Positions 38,712 through 48,266 of a stretch of 64,000 bases of DNA are shown in pieces. Origin of the DNA: a bacterium (GTDB taxonomy: Bacteria > Bacillota > Sulfobacillia > UBA995); the NCBI GenBank assembly GCA_031082145.1, contig JAVHLP010000001.1, forward strand, positions 508,885 through 572,884, written 5' to 3'. A model generated the notes under the pieces. The model was given only the letters and a program-made list of their open reading frames with translations, had not been told where the DNA came from and made no database searches. A program made the position numbers and the translations under genes. The stretch's first letter is position 1, and every line of letters begins with the position of its first letter.

Positions 38712-39710
38712 TCACCACTCCCGCCAGGCCTTCTGGGCCTTGTAGGGGAGCCGCGGCAGGTAATACCCCACCAGACCGCTCAACACCTGGTGGGGGTGCC
38801 CGCGCCCGCTGGGCAGGTGGCCGGGCCGGAGCGGCCCACCTCGGTAGGCGCTGTCCAGAGCGCTGTAGGCCCCCACTATCCCGTACTCCCGGACCAGGTC
38901 CACCATGACCACCGCCGGTGGGACGGCAAAGAGCCTCTCGTCAACCGGGCAGAAAGCGGACAACTCTCGGTAACGGGCCGCCAGTTCGGGCGTGTAGCCG
39001 GCTGTGGCCGCCTGGTGCCGCAACCGGGCGTAGTCTTCGAGGTCGATTTCGATGTCGGGGCCGTGCAGGACCACCCTGAGCGCGCAGTCGGCCAGAACCC
39101 GCAGGCGATCAAGGTCCCAGGTGGGATCGAACACCCGGGCCTCCAGGGTACCCAGCCGGCGGGCGAGGATCAGGTCCTGGAAGCGGTAGTACGGGTCCGG
39201 CCGCAAGGGACCGATGGCATAGGAACAAGCCATGCGGTAGGACACGCCCCACTGCCTGCCTCCCCGGAAAGGGGCGTTGGCGGTCAAGAGGGCTAGCAGC
39301 GGCAGGTACCGGGCCAGCCGCCGGTAGGCCCGGAGCGGCTCGGCGAGACCCCCCAGGTGAAGATGCAGGCCACAGGTATTGGTGGGGGTATCCCCTTCCG
39401 CCAGATGGCCCAGGGGGACGACGAGAGCCGCCCGGCCGCAAGCGCTGGCCAGGGCTTCTCTTCGCCCGGCGAGGTCCGCCACCAACGCGTCGGGCGAGGA
39501 ACAGGGAAGGGTCGAGATCTCCACCCCGCTCATCATGCCCTGCCTCAGGTCGGCCCCACGGGAGAAGTTGGAGTCGCTGTGCGCGTAGTAGAAACGGGGC
39601 TCCCGCCAGAGAAGGCGGGTCAGGAAGTACAGGGAACGCAACGAAGGCCGGGAGGGTTCGGTCAGGAAGACCTCCTCTTCCAGTCCTAGTAAGAGACCTT
39701 GCACCCTCAC
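38712..39710 (-). CDS. GCS2-family carboxylate-amine ligase (YbdK-like)
   Basis: 332 aa with a glutamate-cysteine ligase family 2 layout (HLHLG region). Confidence 0.65.
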   Translation of the reverse strand: MRVQGLLLGLEEEVFLTEPSRPSLRSLYFLTRLLWREPRFYYAHSDSNFSRGADLRQGMMSGVEISTLPCSSPDALVADLAGRREALASACGRAALVVPLGHLAEGDTPTNTCGLHLHLGGLAEPLRAYRRLARYLPLLALLTANAPFRGGRQWGVSYRMACSYAIGPLRPDPYYRFQDLILARRLGTLEARVFDPTWDLDRLRVLADCALRVVLHGPDIEIDLEDYARLRHQAATAGYTPELAARYRELSAFCPVDERLFAVPPAVVMVDLVREYGIVGAYSALDSAYRGGPLRPGHLPSGRGHPHQVLSGLVGYYLPRLPYKAQKAWREW

Positions 39711-39788
39711 ACCTCCCGGGCCTGGAGTTTTCTCTGCCTGGTGCGGCCCATCCTCCTGGACGACTTCTCAATGCGGAGAGGCCGTCCG

Positions 39789-41504
39789 TCAGCTGCGCCT
39801 CAGTACCCGGCCTGCCCGGACCCCGTTCGGCTCACCTCCGGTCACCACCGGCCTGCCGTTCACCACCACGTGGGTGATACCGGCAGGATAGACGCGTGGC
39901 TCCAAGTGGTCGCCTCGCTCGGTCACCTCGTCGGGGGAGAAAACCACCACGTCGGCCGCGGCCCCGGGGATGATGCGGCCCCGGTCGGCCAAGCCCAGGA
40001 CGGCGGCGGGCCGGCCGGTCAGGCGGGCCACGGCTCCGGCCGGGCCCAGTTCTCTACCGTAGACCCTGAGAAAACGGGCGACCCCCCCGTAGGTGTTGGG
40101 ATGGGGCAGGTAGTAGGGGGGAGTGTGCACCTGCCAGCCGGTGTCGAGGGCGAAGGTATCCTGTCCCACCATGGCCAGGGGATGCTCGTAGAGCAGTTGC
40201 ACCGCCACTTCGGAGAGGGCCGGGGCGTAGCGGAGGCGGGCCCGGGGTGAGGCCGTGATCAGGTCGAACATGGTCTCCAGGGGATCGCCTGCCGCGGCCG
40301 TTTCGGCCAGGTTTCGCCCCGTCTCCGGCAGCTCTACGCGACAGGCCCAGTCCGGATCCAGCAGGGGATTGAGGGCATACCAGCGGCCGGCGGCGATGTA
40401 GTCCCGGATCTCCCGCCGCAGGTCGGCCGCCCGGAGATTCCGGGCCAGTTGCTCCGGCGAGCCGGCATCGCGGAGCCAGGGGGTCAGCAACGAGACCAGG
40501 TAGGGCGCGGTGATCACGCCGCCGTCGGTGTTGGGAATGACGTCGAAGGCCAGGTCAACCCCGTGATCACGGGCCTCGTCGATGACCCCCAGGGTAGCCG
40601 CGGTGACGGCCCGCCACACCTCCTGCGGGGGCGCCGGGTAGACCTGGTAGGCGGGCATGAGGTGGGAGATCTGCAGTCGCCCGCCTGTCCGGGCCGCCAT
40701 CTCTACCGCCTCATGCAATCCCCGGACCAGGGCCCGGGCTCCCGTGCCCTTCCTTATCCCGGTGCGCCGCCAGTGGGTGGCGTGCAAGGCCCCTGCGCCG
40801 GCGACCGTCTGCAGCAGCGCAAGCAGCTCGGACGGCTCGGCGTGGGCCCCCGGCTCGTAGTCGAGGCCGGTGGACAGGCCGTGGGCGCCGGCGGCCAGGG
40901 CTTCGGCAAGCAGGTCCTGCATCTGCCGCAGTTCACCCGGGGTGCAGGGGCGGTCGTGGTCGGCGCCCATCGCGGTCACCCGCAGGGGGTTGTGACCCAC
41001 CAGCGGAACGTAGTTCACGCCGGGGTGGGCTCTTTCCACCCGGTCCAGGAACTCGCCGAAAGTCCGCCAGTCGATCGCCAGGCCGTTGCGCTCGGCCGCC
41101 AGGCGGCGGATGGTCTCGAGGTCGGCCGAGCCTGCCCGATCGTACTTGCCCGGCACCAACTCGTCCCACCAATCAAACTCCCAGAAGGACAAGAGCCAGC
41201 GCTCGCCCAGCGGGGCGGGTGAGAAACCGCAGTTCCCTCCGACCACGGTGGTGACCCCCTGGCGGATGAAGTTGTCCGCCCCCGGGTAGAGCAAGATGGT
41301 CTCGTCGGCGTGGGAGTGAATGTCGATGAAGCCGGGAGCCACTACCTGGCCCTCAGCCTCCAGCACCACCGTGGCGTCCGCCGCGCCCAGATCGTCAACG
41401 GCGGCCAGGCGGTCGCCCCGGACGCCCACATCGGCCAGGCGGCCCGGCCGGCCTTGCCCGTCGAATACGGTGCCGCCCCGGATGATCAGGTCAAACCCCG
41501 TCAT
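39789..41504 (-). CDS. N-acyl-D-amino-acid deacylase (D-aminoacylase) family amidohydrolase
   Basis: DLIIRGGTVFDG, GFIDIHSHAD, and a second metal-binding region. Start at MTGFDLII (ATG 41504). Confidence 0.8.
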   Translation of the reverse strand: MTGFDLIIRGGTVFDGQGRPGRLADVGVRGDRLAAVDDLGAADATVVLEAEGQVVAPGFIDIHSHADETILLYPGADNFIRQGVTTVVGGNCGFSPAPLGERWLLSFWEFDWWDELVPGKYDRAGSADLETIRRLAAERNGLAIDWRTFGEFLDRVERAHPGVNYVPLVGHNPLRVTAMGADHDRPCTPGELRQMQDLLAEALAAGAHGLSTGLDYEPGAHAEPSELLALLQTVAGAGALHATHWRRTGIRKGTGARALVRGLHEAVEMAARTGGRLQISHLMPAYQVYPAPPQEVWRAVTAATLGVIDEARDHGVDLAFDVIPNTDGGVITAPYLVSLLTPWLRDAGSPEQLARNLRAADLRREIRDYIAAGRWYALNPLLDPDWACRVELPETGRNLAETAAAGDPLETMFDLITASPRARLRYAPALSEVAVQLLYEHPLAMVGQDTFALDTGWQVHTPPYYLPHPNTYGGVARFLRVYGRELGPAGAVARLTGRPAAVLGLADRGRIIPGAAADVVVFSPDEVTERGDHLEPRVYPAGITHVVVNGRPVVTGGEPNGVRAGRVLRRS

Positions 41505-41555
41505 GGCGATCCCCCCTCCCCCCGGAGGATATGCCACCCGGGGGCGTTGTCCTGC

Positions 41556-42760
41556 TCAGTGATCCCTTATCCCGGGGATGAAGGGGACGAACAGGACGCT
41601 GGCGGTCATCCCCAGCGCAAGAACTAGCAGCACCAGGGGGGCGGAGGTGGCGTCGATAGCCAGCCCGGTCAGGGCATAGGCCAGCGGGCCCAGCGCCATG
41701 TTGACGCTGAGCAGCAACCCAAAGACCCGGCCCATCACCTCGGCGGGAATCGACTGCTGAAGCAGAGCGCGGGCGTTCACGCTGCCCACGGCCAGCGCGA
41801 ACCCCCAGGCGGCGACCAGCCCGGCCAGGACGGGAAGGGATCGGGCAAGGGCCATCGCGGCGACCAGGACGCCGGCCCCAAGCAAGGCGCCCAGGGTGAC
41901 CCGGTACTTCCTGCCTTCCTGTTTCAGTCCAAAGAGCAGCGCCCCGCACAGCATACCCGCAGCCAGTGCAGAGCCCAGAATGCCGGCCTGGATGGCGTCG
42001 GCTCCCAGTACCAGCCGTAGCATCGTCTGTAGCGCCAGCAGCACGGGGGTGGAGAAGAAAGCTATGGCGCAAGAGACGAGCACAATATGGTGGACCAGAG
42101 GGCGGGAACGGACGTAGCGCCAGCCGTCCGTCCACTGGGCGGCGAACCCTCCGGCCCGGCTCCCCGCCGGCGGTCCCAGCCGGATGAAGGTCTCCGAGAA
42201 AGCGGACAGGAGAAAGGCGGAGCCGCTCACGAGGGCCAGACTGCCCAGGCCGGAGACCCCGTAGAGGAGACCGCCCAGAGCCGGCCCCAGCAAGCCGCTC
42301 AACTGGGCGGCAATCTCGGCAAAGGAGTTGGCCCGGGTGAGCTGCTGCCGGCCGGCAACCTGGGGGATGGCAGCCTGGCCGGCGGGGTTGAAGAAGGCGG
42401 CCAGGGTGCTGGAGCAGGCAACTACGGCCAGCACATGCCAGGTGTCCAGCGACCCCGAGGCCACCAGGCGCCAGACAATGACCATGAGCAGGCCCCGGAG
42501 AGCGTCGGCGGCCACGATGATGGTCTTGCGGCTCACCCGGTCGGCCAGTACGCCGGCCAAGGACCCGAAAACGATCAGGGGAGCGGTGAAGGCGGCCATA
42601 ACGGCGCCGGTGATCGCGGCCGAACTGGTCGTTACCAGCACCCACCAGCTCAGACCGAACAGGCACATGCGCTCTCCGAGCTGAGAGACGGCCAAGCCGG
42701 CCAAGAGCAGGAGAAAATCCCGGCCGAGAAGCGAACGGGCGCCGGCATCGGCTCTCAGCT
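41556..42760 (-). CDS. MFS transporter
   Basis: 12-TM MFS layout with RNRDF-like N-terminus (LGRDFLLLLAGLAVSQLGE). The exact start is uncertain because no clean start codon/RBS was found. Confidence 0.65.
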
Positions 42761-42915
42761 GACCGCCCCTTTCAGGATTACCGTTGAGTGCCCGGAGGCA
42801 CGCGACAGGGCCCGGACCTTCAGGGGGTTTCAACAGAAAGCGACAAGATCCTCCGAGACACTGCGGTGGTATTGATTGCCCCCAGCGGCCGAAGAATAGC
42901 GGGGGAGGGCGGCCA

Positions 42916-43365
42916 ATGATAGGCGACACGGTGACTCTCGGGATGGTGGCCGGCACCATTGGCAACTTGGCCAAGGACCTGTCAAACTACTTGCTCTACC
43001 GGCGGAAGGTCACCACCGAGGTTTACCCCAGGGTGGCAGCCTCGCTGTTCACGGACAGCGGCAGCGCCCGGCGCCCGGCGGGATTCGCCGTCGGGCTCAT
43101 CACCGACGGCCTCATCGGCGCGGGAGCAGGCATTCCCCTGGCCTATGTCCTGACCCGCACCGGCAAGGATAACTACTTGCTAAAGGGCATCGGCGTTGGC
43201 CTGGCCCTCTGGTCTCTGTTCTACGGGGGGCTGGGCGGGAAGCTCTCTATCCGGCCCCGGGACCCCCCCACGCTTCTCTCCGGCTTCTGGAATAACGCTC
43301 TCTACGGGGCGGTGACGGCCTTTGCCATCACTCGCCTCGCCAGCCCCCGGCTATTCCGGCGTTAG
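42916..43365 (+). CDS. Small membrane protein of unknown family (paralog of 15620..16207)
   Basis: ATG 42916 after GGGGGAGGG. Shares conserved blocks with the 15620 gene. Confidence 0.5.
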   Translation: MIGDTVTLGMVAGTIGNLAKDLSNYLLYRRKVTTEVYPRVAASLFTDSGSARRPAGFAVGLITDGLIGAGAGIPLAYVLTRTGKDNYLLKGIGVGLALWSLFYGGLGGKLSIRPRDPPTLLSGFWNNALYGAVTAFAITRLASPRLFRR

Positions 43366-43436
43366 CCCGCCCCAGCCCACCAGGAGATCGACTCCCTGCT
43401 CAGCCTGGCCCAAGCCGGACGGCGAGGCGGATCATC

Positions 43437-44528
43437 CTATTCGCGGAGGGAAGCTGAATCCCTGGCCGGACCGAACCTGCCGGCGGTGGCCAGGCAGACC
43501 CGGACCAGCATTAACATGACGGGGACCTCTATCAGCACTCCCACGACGGTGGCCAGGGCGGCACCGGACTCCAGGCCGAACAAGGTCACCGCGGTGGCTA
43601 TGGCCACCTCGAAGTGGTTGGAGGCCCCGATCATACCTGCCGGGGCGGCGTCCCGGTAGGCGAAGCCCAGGAGCCACGCGGCTAGATAGGTGAGCAGGAA
43701 GATGAGAACGGTCTGCAAGAAGAGGGGAACTGCGATCAGGGCCACCACGCCCGGGGCTCTGATTATGACATCGCCCTGCAGGGTGAACAGGAAGATCAGG
43801 GTGGCCAGCAGGGCCAGGATCGACACACCCTCCGTGCGCTTGAGAAACACACCCTCGTACCAGTCGCGCCCGCGGGCCCTGAGTAGGCCGACCCGGCTGA
43901 AGTAGCCCGCCACCAGGGACACGCCGACGTACAGGAGCACACTCCAGAGGATGGTGAGGAAGGGGATGGGCATCCGGGCCACGCCGAGGAGGAAGTTGCC
44001 CAGGGGAGCGTATAGAACCAGCATGGTCAGGGAGTTGATGGCCACCATGACCAGGGTGAGGCCCATGGAGGCGCGGGCCAGGTAACTCCAGACCAGCACC
44101 ATCGCCGTGCAAGGGGCAATCCCCAGCAGGATCATTCCCGCCACGTACTCGCGAGCGGCCTCGGCGTCGATAAAGGGGGTCCAAAGGCGTTGCAGGAACA
44201 GGGTGGCGAGCAAGAACATGGTGAACGGCTTGATGCCCCAGTTCACAACCAGAGTGAGCAGCACCGGCCGGGGGGCCCGGATGGCGTTGGTTACCTCGCT
44301 GAAGTCGATACGGACCATAATTGGGTACATCATCCCGAATAGGAGCACTGCCACCGGCAGATTCACCTGGGCCAACTGGATCGACTTCAGGTATTCGGCT
44401 GCTCCGGGGAAAGCACGGCCCAGGGCGATTCCCGCCAGGATACACGCCCCCACCCAGACGGTGAGGTACTTCTGGAAGAACCCCAGACCTTGCTCACGTC
44501 CGTGCTCCGCCTTGGCTGCCTCTCTCAC
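43437..44528 (-). CDS. acr3: ACR3-family arsenite efflux transporter
   Basis: 363 aa with the ACR3 (ArsB/Acr3, BART superfamily) pattern. Includes the conserved Cys in GIAPCTAM. Confidence 0.8.
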   Translation of the reverse strand: MREAAKAEHGREQGLGFFQKYLTVWVGACILAGIALGRAFPGAAEYLKSIQLAQVNLPVAVLLFGMMYPIMVRIDFSEVTNAIRAPRPVLLTLVVNWGIKPFTMFLLATLFLQRLWTPFIDAEAAREYVAGMILLGIAPCTAMVLVWSYLARASMGLTLVMVAINSLTMLVLYAPLGNFLLGVARMPIPFLTILWSVLLYVGVSLVAGYFSRVGLLRARGRDWYEGVFLKRTEGVSILALLATLIFLFTLQGDVIIRAPGVVALIAVPLFLQTVLIFLLTYLAAWLLGFAYRDAAPAGMIGASNHFEVAIATAVTLFGLESGAALATVVGVLIEVPVMLMLVRVCLATAGRFGPARDSASLRE

Positions 44529-44594
44529 CGCTCGCGCTGCCTCCCCTGGTCCAACCTGAACACTGCCCGCTCGCTTACCCTGGCTGCCCCCCGC

Positions 44595-44846
44595 TCACGC
44601 CTCGCCCACCTCTTGGATCCACTTCTTGATCTCGCCCGTCCCGGCCACCCGGCCCGACACTCTCACCTTGCCGTCGATGGCCAGCCCGGGGGTGAGCATC
44701 ACGTACGCGGCGATGGCCGATGGATCGCTCACCTTCACCACCTCGGCTTCGAGCCCTGTTTCGGCCAAGGCCTGCCGCACGTTGTCTTCCAGGAGCTTGC
44801 ACTTGGGACAGCCAAGGCCCAGGATCTTGATCTCCACCCTCGTCAC
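44595..44846 (-). CDS. Thioredoxin-fold 'redox-active disulfide protein 2' (TM0996/MTH895-like)
   Basis: 83 aa with KILGLGCPKC (CxxC) near the N-terminus. Confidence 0.7.
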   Translation of the reverse strand: MTRVEIKILGLGCPKCKLLEDNVRQALAETGLEAEVVKVSDPSAIAAYVMLTPGLAIDGKVRVSGRVAGTGEIKKWIQEVGEA

Positions 44847-44850
44847 CTCC

Positions 44851-46041
44851 TCAACCCACCAGTTGACCGAAGACCAGGCCGCTGATCGTGGCCATGGTCA
44901 CCACCAACAGCACGAATACGAGTGTCTTGCGAATGCCGATCACACTACGAATAACCAGCATGTTGGGCAGGCTCAAGGCGGGACCCGCCAGGAGCAGGGC
45001 GAGTGCCGGTCCCTGGCCCATGCCGGACCCGATCAGCCCCTGTAAGATGGGGACCTCGGTGAGGGTCGCGAAGTACATGAAAGCTCCCGCCAGGGCGGCG
45101 ACCAGGTTGGCGACGAGGGAGTTGCCGCCGACTAGAGAGGTTACCGCTCCGGACGGCATCAACCCCCCATCGGAAGCCGGTCGCCCCATCAAGAGCCCGG
45201 CGAGCAACACGCCGGCCCCGAGCAGGGGAAGGATCTGTCTGGCGAATTCCCACGTGGAGTTCACCCACTGTCCCAGTTCCTCCCGAGCGAACCAGCGGTG
45301 CAGCATCACCGCCAGCGCGACCAGGAGGACGACGACGAGGTGCCACTTCGCCGCGTACACGGCGGCCCAGAAGCCCAGCGGATGGGCCGGGCGGCCCCAG
45401 GCGGCGGTGATCAGGATCAACAGCAGGAGGACGAAATAGACGATGTCTTGCCAGGGGCGGCGGCGGTCGCCGGTCTCCTCCGGGACCTGCGGCGCCAGGC
45501 GGGCCCGCTCCGCTTCCTCCCGGTGGTACAGGGCGGCCATGGTCAGCCCGATAACGATGGCGAAGAGCACCGCCCCGACAGCCCGGGCCACTCCGAGCTG
45601 CCAGCCCAACACCCGGGCGGTCAGGATAATGGCCAGCACGTTCACAGCCGGACCCGAGTACAGGAAGGCTATAGCAGGGCCGATGCCGGCGCCGCGGCGA
45701 TGAATGCCCGCGAACAACGGCAACACCGTGCAGGAGCATACTGCCAGCACGGCGCCGGAGACCGAGGCTACCGCGTAGGCAAGCCACTTCGGGGCACCCC
45801 CACCGAAGTAGCGGATGACCGACCCCTGGGAGACGAAGTTGGCGACGGCCCCGGCGATGAAAAAGGCGGGCACCAGGCAGAACAGGACGTGCTCGCGGGC
45901 ATACTCCTGCAGCATGAGGAGAGCTTCCAGCAAGGCCCCTTGGACCCGGGGATGCCCGAAGGGGATCAGGTAGGCGCCCAAGAAGAGCGCCACCACCACC
46001 AAGCACCTTGGCCATTCTCTCAGTGCTCCCCCACCTCCCAC
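44851..46041 (-). CDS. Predicted permease (DUF318/YraQ-like), commonly paired with redox-active disulfide protein 2
   Basis: 396-aa polytopic protein with a CSC motif in a TM segment (AVCSCTVLPLF). Confidence 0.65.
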   Translation of the reverse strand: MGGGGALREWPRCLVVVALFLGAYLIPFGHPRVQGALLEALLMLQEYAREHVLFCLVPAFFIAGAVANFVSQGSVIRYFGGGAPKWLAYAVASVSGAVLAVCSCTVLPLFAGIHRRGAGIGPAIAFLYSGPAVNVLAIILTARVLGWQLGVARAVGAVLFAIVIGLTMAALYHREEAERARLAPQVPEETGDRRRPWQDIVYFVLLLLILITAAWGRPAHPLGFWAAVYAAKWHLVVVLLVALAVMLHRWFAREELGQWVNSTWEFARQILPLLGAGVLLAGLLMGRPASDGGLMPSGAVTSLVGGNSLVANLVAALAGAFMYFATLTEVPILQGLIGSGMGQGPALALLLAGPALSLPNMLVIRSVIGIRKTLVFVLLVVTMATISGLVFGQLVG

Positions 46042-46352
46042 ACCCCTCCCTCATCCCGCCACCGGCCCCGCAGGAACTCCCGGGCCAGGCCGGTGATAGC
46101 GGCGGCGCGGGGATCGGCCAGCCGGTAGATCACCCGCAGCCCCTCCTTGCGGCAGACCACGACGCCCTCCCGGCGCAGCACAGCGAGGTGCTTGGAGAGA
46201 GTCGGCTGCTCGACCCCGAGGGCCGGCGCGATCTCGCACACGCAACGCTCACCCTGTGCCAAGAACTCGACCACGGCCACCCGGGTCGGGTGACCTAAGG
46301 CTTTGAGCAGGTTAGCCGTTCTCACGATGATCCTTTGTTCCTTCATGGCCAT
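46020..46352 (-). CDS. arsR: ArsR/SmtB-family metalloregulator
   Basis: HTH ...LKALGHPTRVAVVEFLAQGERCVCEIAPALGVEQPTLSKHLAVLRREGVV, including the metal-binding CVC. Confidence 0.85.
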   Translation of the reverse strand: MAMKEQRIIVRTANLLKALGHPTRVAVVEFLAQGERCVCEIAPALGVEQPTLSKHLAVLRREGVVVCRKEGLRVIYRLADPRAAAITGLAREFLRGRWRDEGGVWEVGEH

Positions 46353-46360
46353 CCAGGAAT

Positions 46361-46390
46361 ATAGTAGGTCCAGCAGTCAGCCGGTGTCAA
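46361..46390 (-). promoter_or_regulatory. Promoter of arsR operon
   Basis: Minus strand TTGACA, 18 nt, TACTAT. TSS falls at or near the arsR ATG, giving a leaderless or very short leader. Confidence 0.45.
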
Positions 46391-46405
46391 GCTCTGACGG
46401 GGAGA

Positions 46406-46897
46406 TCAGCCGCCGCCGAAGGGGCAAACGCCGGCGCAGGGGTCATCCTGTTGCCGAATCGCCCGCAGGGGAGCGGACGCCATCTTGCCGGTCAGCCGGC
46501 GAAGGTGCCACCAGCCCCCGGCCAGGCCAAGCCCCATGCCGGCGGCGGCGCCGAGGTCGGTCCCGGTCAGCCAGGCGCCGGCGAGGGCGCCGGCCAGGGC
46601 GCCGGCCAGGGGAAGGCCAAACCCCAGGGCCCACGACCCGACCACGTGCCTGGTCTCGGTGATGACCAGCACACTATCTCCCGGGGCCAGGTCGCCTACC
46701 GCCTCCGCTTCAACCTCCAGGTGATCGTCGCCGGGAAAAAGCCGCAGGTCCACGGCCCAAGGACATCTGTGGGTGCGCCCGCAGGCGCTGTGGCGGCGCA
46801 CCTTGACAATGGCCCGGGAGTCTCGCACGCTCAGCACTTCTCCCGGAACAGAGGTGGTTCCACCCATTACGAGGCCTCCCGCCCTGGAGTATTCCAC
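46406..46897 (-). CDS. RseC/MucC-like small protein (SoxR-reducing-system RseC family)
   Basis: N-terminal IVKVRRHSACG...C motif and two C-terminal TM helices. Confidence 0.45.
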   Translation of the reverse strand: MEYSRAGGLVMGGTTSVPGEVLSVRDSRAIVKVRRHSACGRTHRCPWAVDLRLFPGDDHLEVEAEAVGDLAPGDSVLVITETRHVVGSWALGFGLPLAGALAGALAGAWLTGTDLGAAAGMGLGLAGGWWHLRRLTGKMASAPLRAIRQQDDPCAGVCPFGGG

Positions 46898-46919
46898 CGC
46901 CGGGACCGGTGACTCTCGC

Positions 46920-48266
46920 TCACGACTTCCCCGCCATGGTGAGCCCTTCGATCCGGATGGTCGGCGAACCCAGGCTGCCGACCCAAGTCAGGTCATTGCC
47001 CACCCCACTGATCTGCTGGAGCATGGCCTGGAGATTGCCGCCAATGGTGAAGGGATCCAGGCACTCCGCCAGCTCACCCCGCGTGATGCGGCGACCGGAG
47101 GCGGCCACCGAGAAGTCGCCGCTGAGCCCGCTGACTCCCCCCGTGTCGGTGAAGGCGACCACGTGGACGCCGCGTTCCACCGCCCGAACCAGTTCGCCGG
47201 GGGAGGCGGTGCCGGGAACCATGAAGGCGTTGGAGGGGGCGAGCTGGGGCAGGGCGCGGTAGCCCGACCGCCGGGCGTTGCCGGTGGAGACCACCCCGTC
47301 CTTGCGCGCCGAACGCACGTTGTGGAAGAAGGAGCGGAGCACGCCGCCGGCGATGAGGGTCGTGCGCCGCCGGGGCACGCCCTCACCGTCCACCGGCAGG
47401 GTGCCCGGGCGGCCGGGCAGGAGCCCGTCGTCGATGAGGTCCACCCCGGGGGCGGCGACCGCCTGACCCAGGCGGCCGGCGAACATGGACTGGCCCAGTT
47501 GCGCCCGCTCGGCGCTGAGGGCGCTGACCACCGCCGCCAGGAAACTGAACGCCGCCTCGGGCTCGAAGACCACCGTGAGCACCTCGGTGGGAGGAGGCAT
47601 GCCCTCCAGCGCAATGAGGGCCTTGCGGGCGGCCTGGCGGCCAATCGCCCGCCCTTCGACTGCCCGGAAGAACCGCTCCTGGGCCTGCCCCACGCCCATT
47701 GTCCCCTTGCCCTCACCCCGGGCCGTGCATATGGCAAAGGCCCCGCAGGCGGTATCGGTGTATTCACTGTCCAGTCCACGGGAGTTGACGATGCGGGTCC
47801 GGGTCACGGCATCCTCATAGCGGCAGAGGATCACCGAGTTCACCCGGGGGTCTTGATCCAGGCAAGACTGCTCCTGCTCCAGGGCAAAGCGGATCTTGTC
47901 CTCCACGTCCAGGGCGGCCAGCACGGGATCCCATAACCCGGTCACGCCGGCGGCCGGGCTCACCTCGGGCAGCGCAGCGTACTCATCCGGGGTCGCGATA
48001 CGGGCGGCGCCGAGCGCCCGATCCACGAGAGCTTCCAGGGAGGCCCGGTCGAAGTCGGCTGCGTAGGAAAAGCCGGTGGCCCCGTTGAGCAGGATCCGGA
48101 GACCTACCCCGGCCTGTTCGGCATGGGTGAGTTCCTCCACCTGGCCCCGGCTGACCTGTAGCTTGGTCTCCCGGGCGACTTCGAGAAAGGCCTCGGCGTC
48201 GCCGGCTCCCCGCCGCCGTACCTCCTCCACCAGGAAGGCAGGCGCTTCCTGCACCGGAATCTTCAT
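46920..48266 (-). CDS. pmbA: TldD/PmbA-family metallopeptidase (PmbA/TldE-like)
   Basis: About 448 aa. Start at MKIPVQ (ATG 48266), ATGA-overlapped with the tldD stop. Confidence 0.75.
   Translation of the reverse strand: MKIPVQEAPAFLVEEVRRRGAGDAEAFLEVARETKLQVSRGQVEELTHAEQAGVGLRILLNGATGFSYAADFDRASLEALVDRALGAARIATPDEYAALPEVSPAAGVTGLWDPVLAALDVEDKIRFALEQEQSCLDQDPRVNSVILCRYEDAVTRTRIVNSRGLDSEYTDTACGAFAICTARGEGKGTMGVGQAQERFFRAVEGRAIGRQAARKALIALEGMPPPTEVLTVVFEPEAAFSFLAAVVSALSAERAQLGQSMFAGRLGQAVAAPGVDLIDDGLLPGRPGTLPVDGEGVPRRRTTLIAGGVLRSFFHNVRSARKDGVVSTGNARRSGYRALPQLAPSNAFMVPGTASPGELVRAVERGVHVVAFTDTGGVSGLSGDFSVAASGRRITRGELAECLDPFTIGGNLQAMLQQISGVGNDLTWVGSLGSPTIRIEGLTMAGKS

Noticed and set aside
46773-47936. 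387-aa plus-strand ORF
   Set aside because: Antisense shadow of pmbA.
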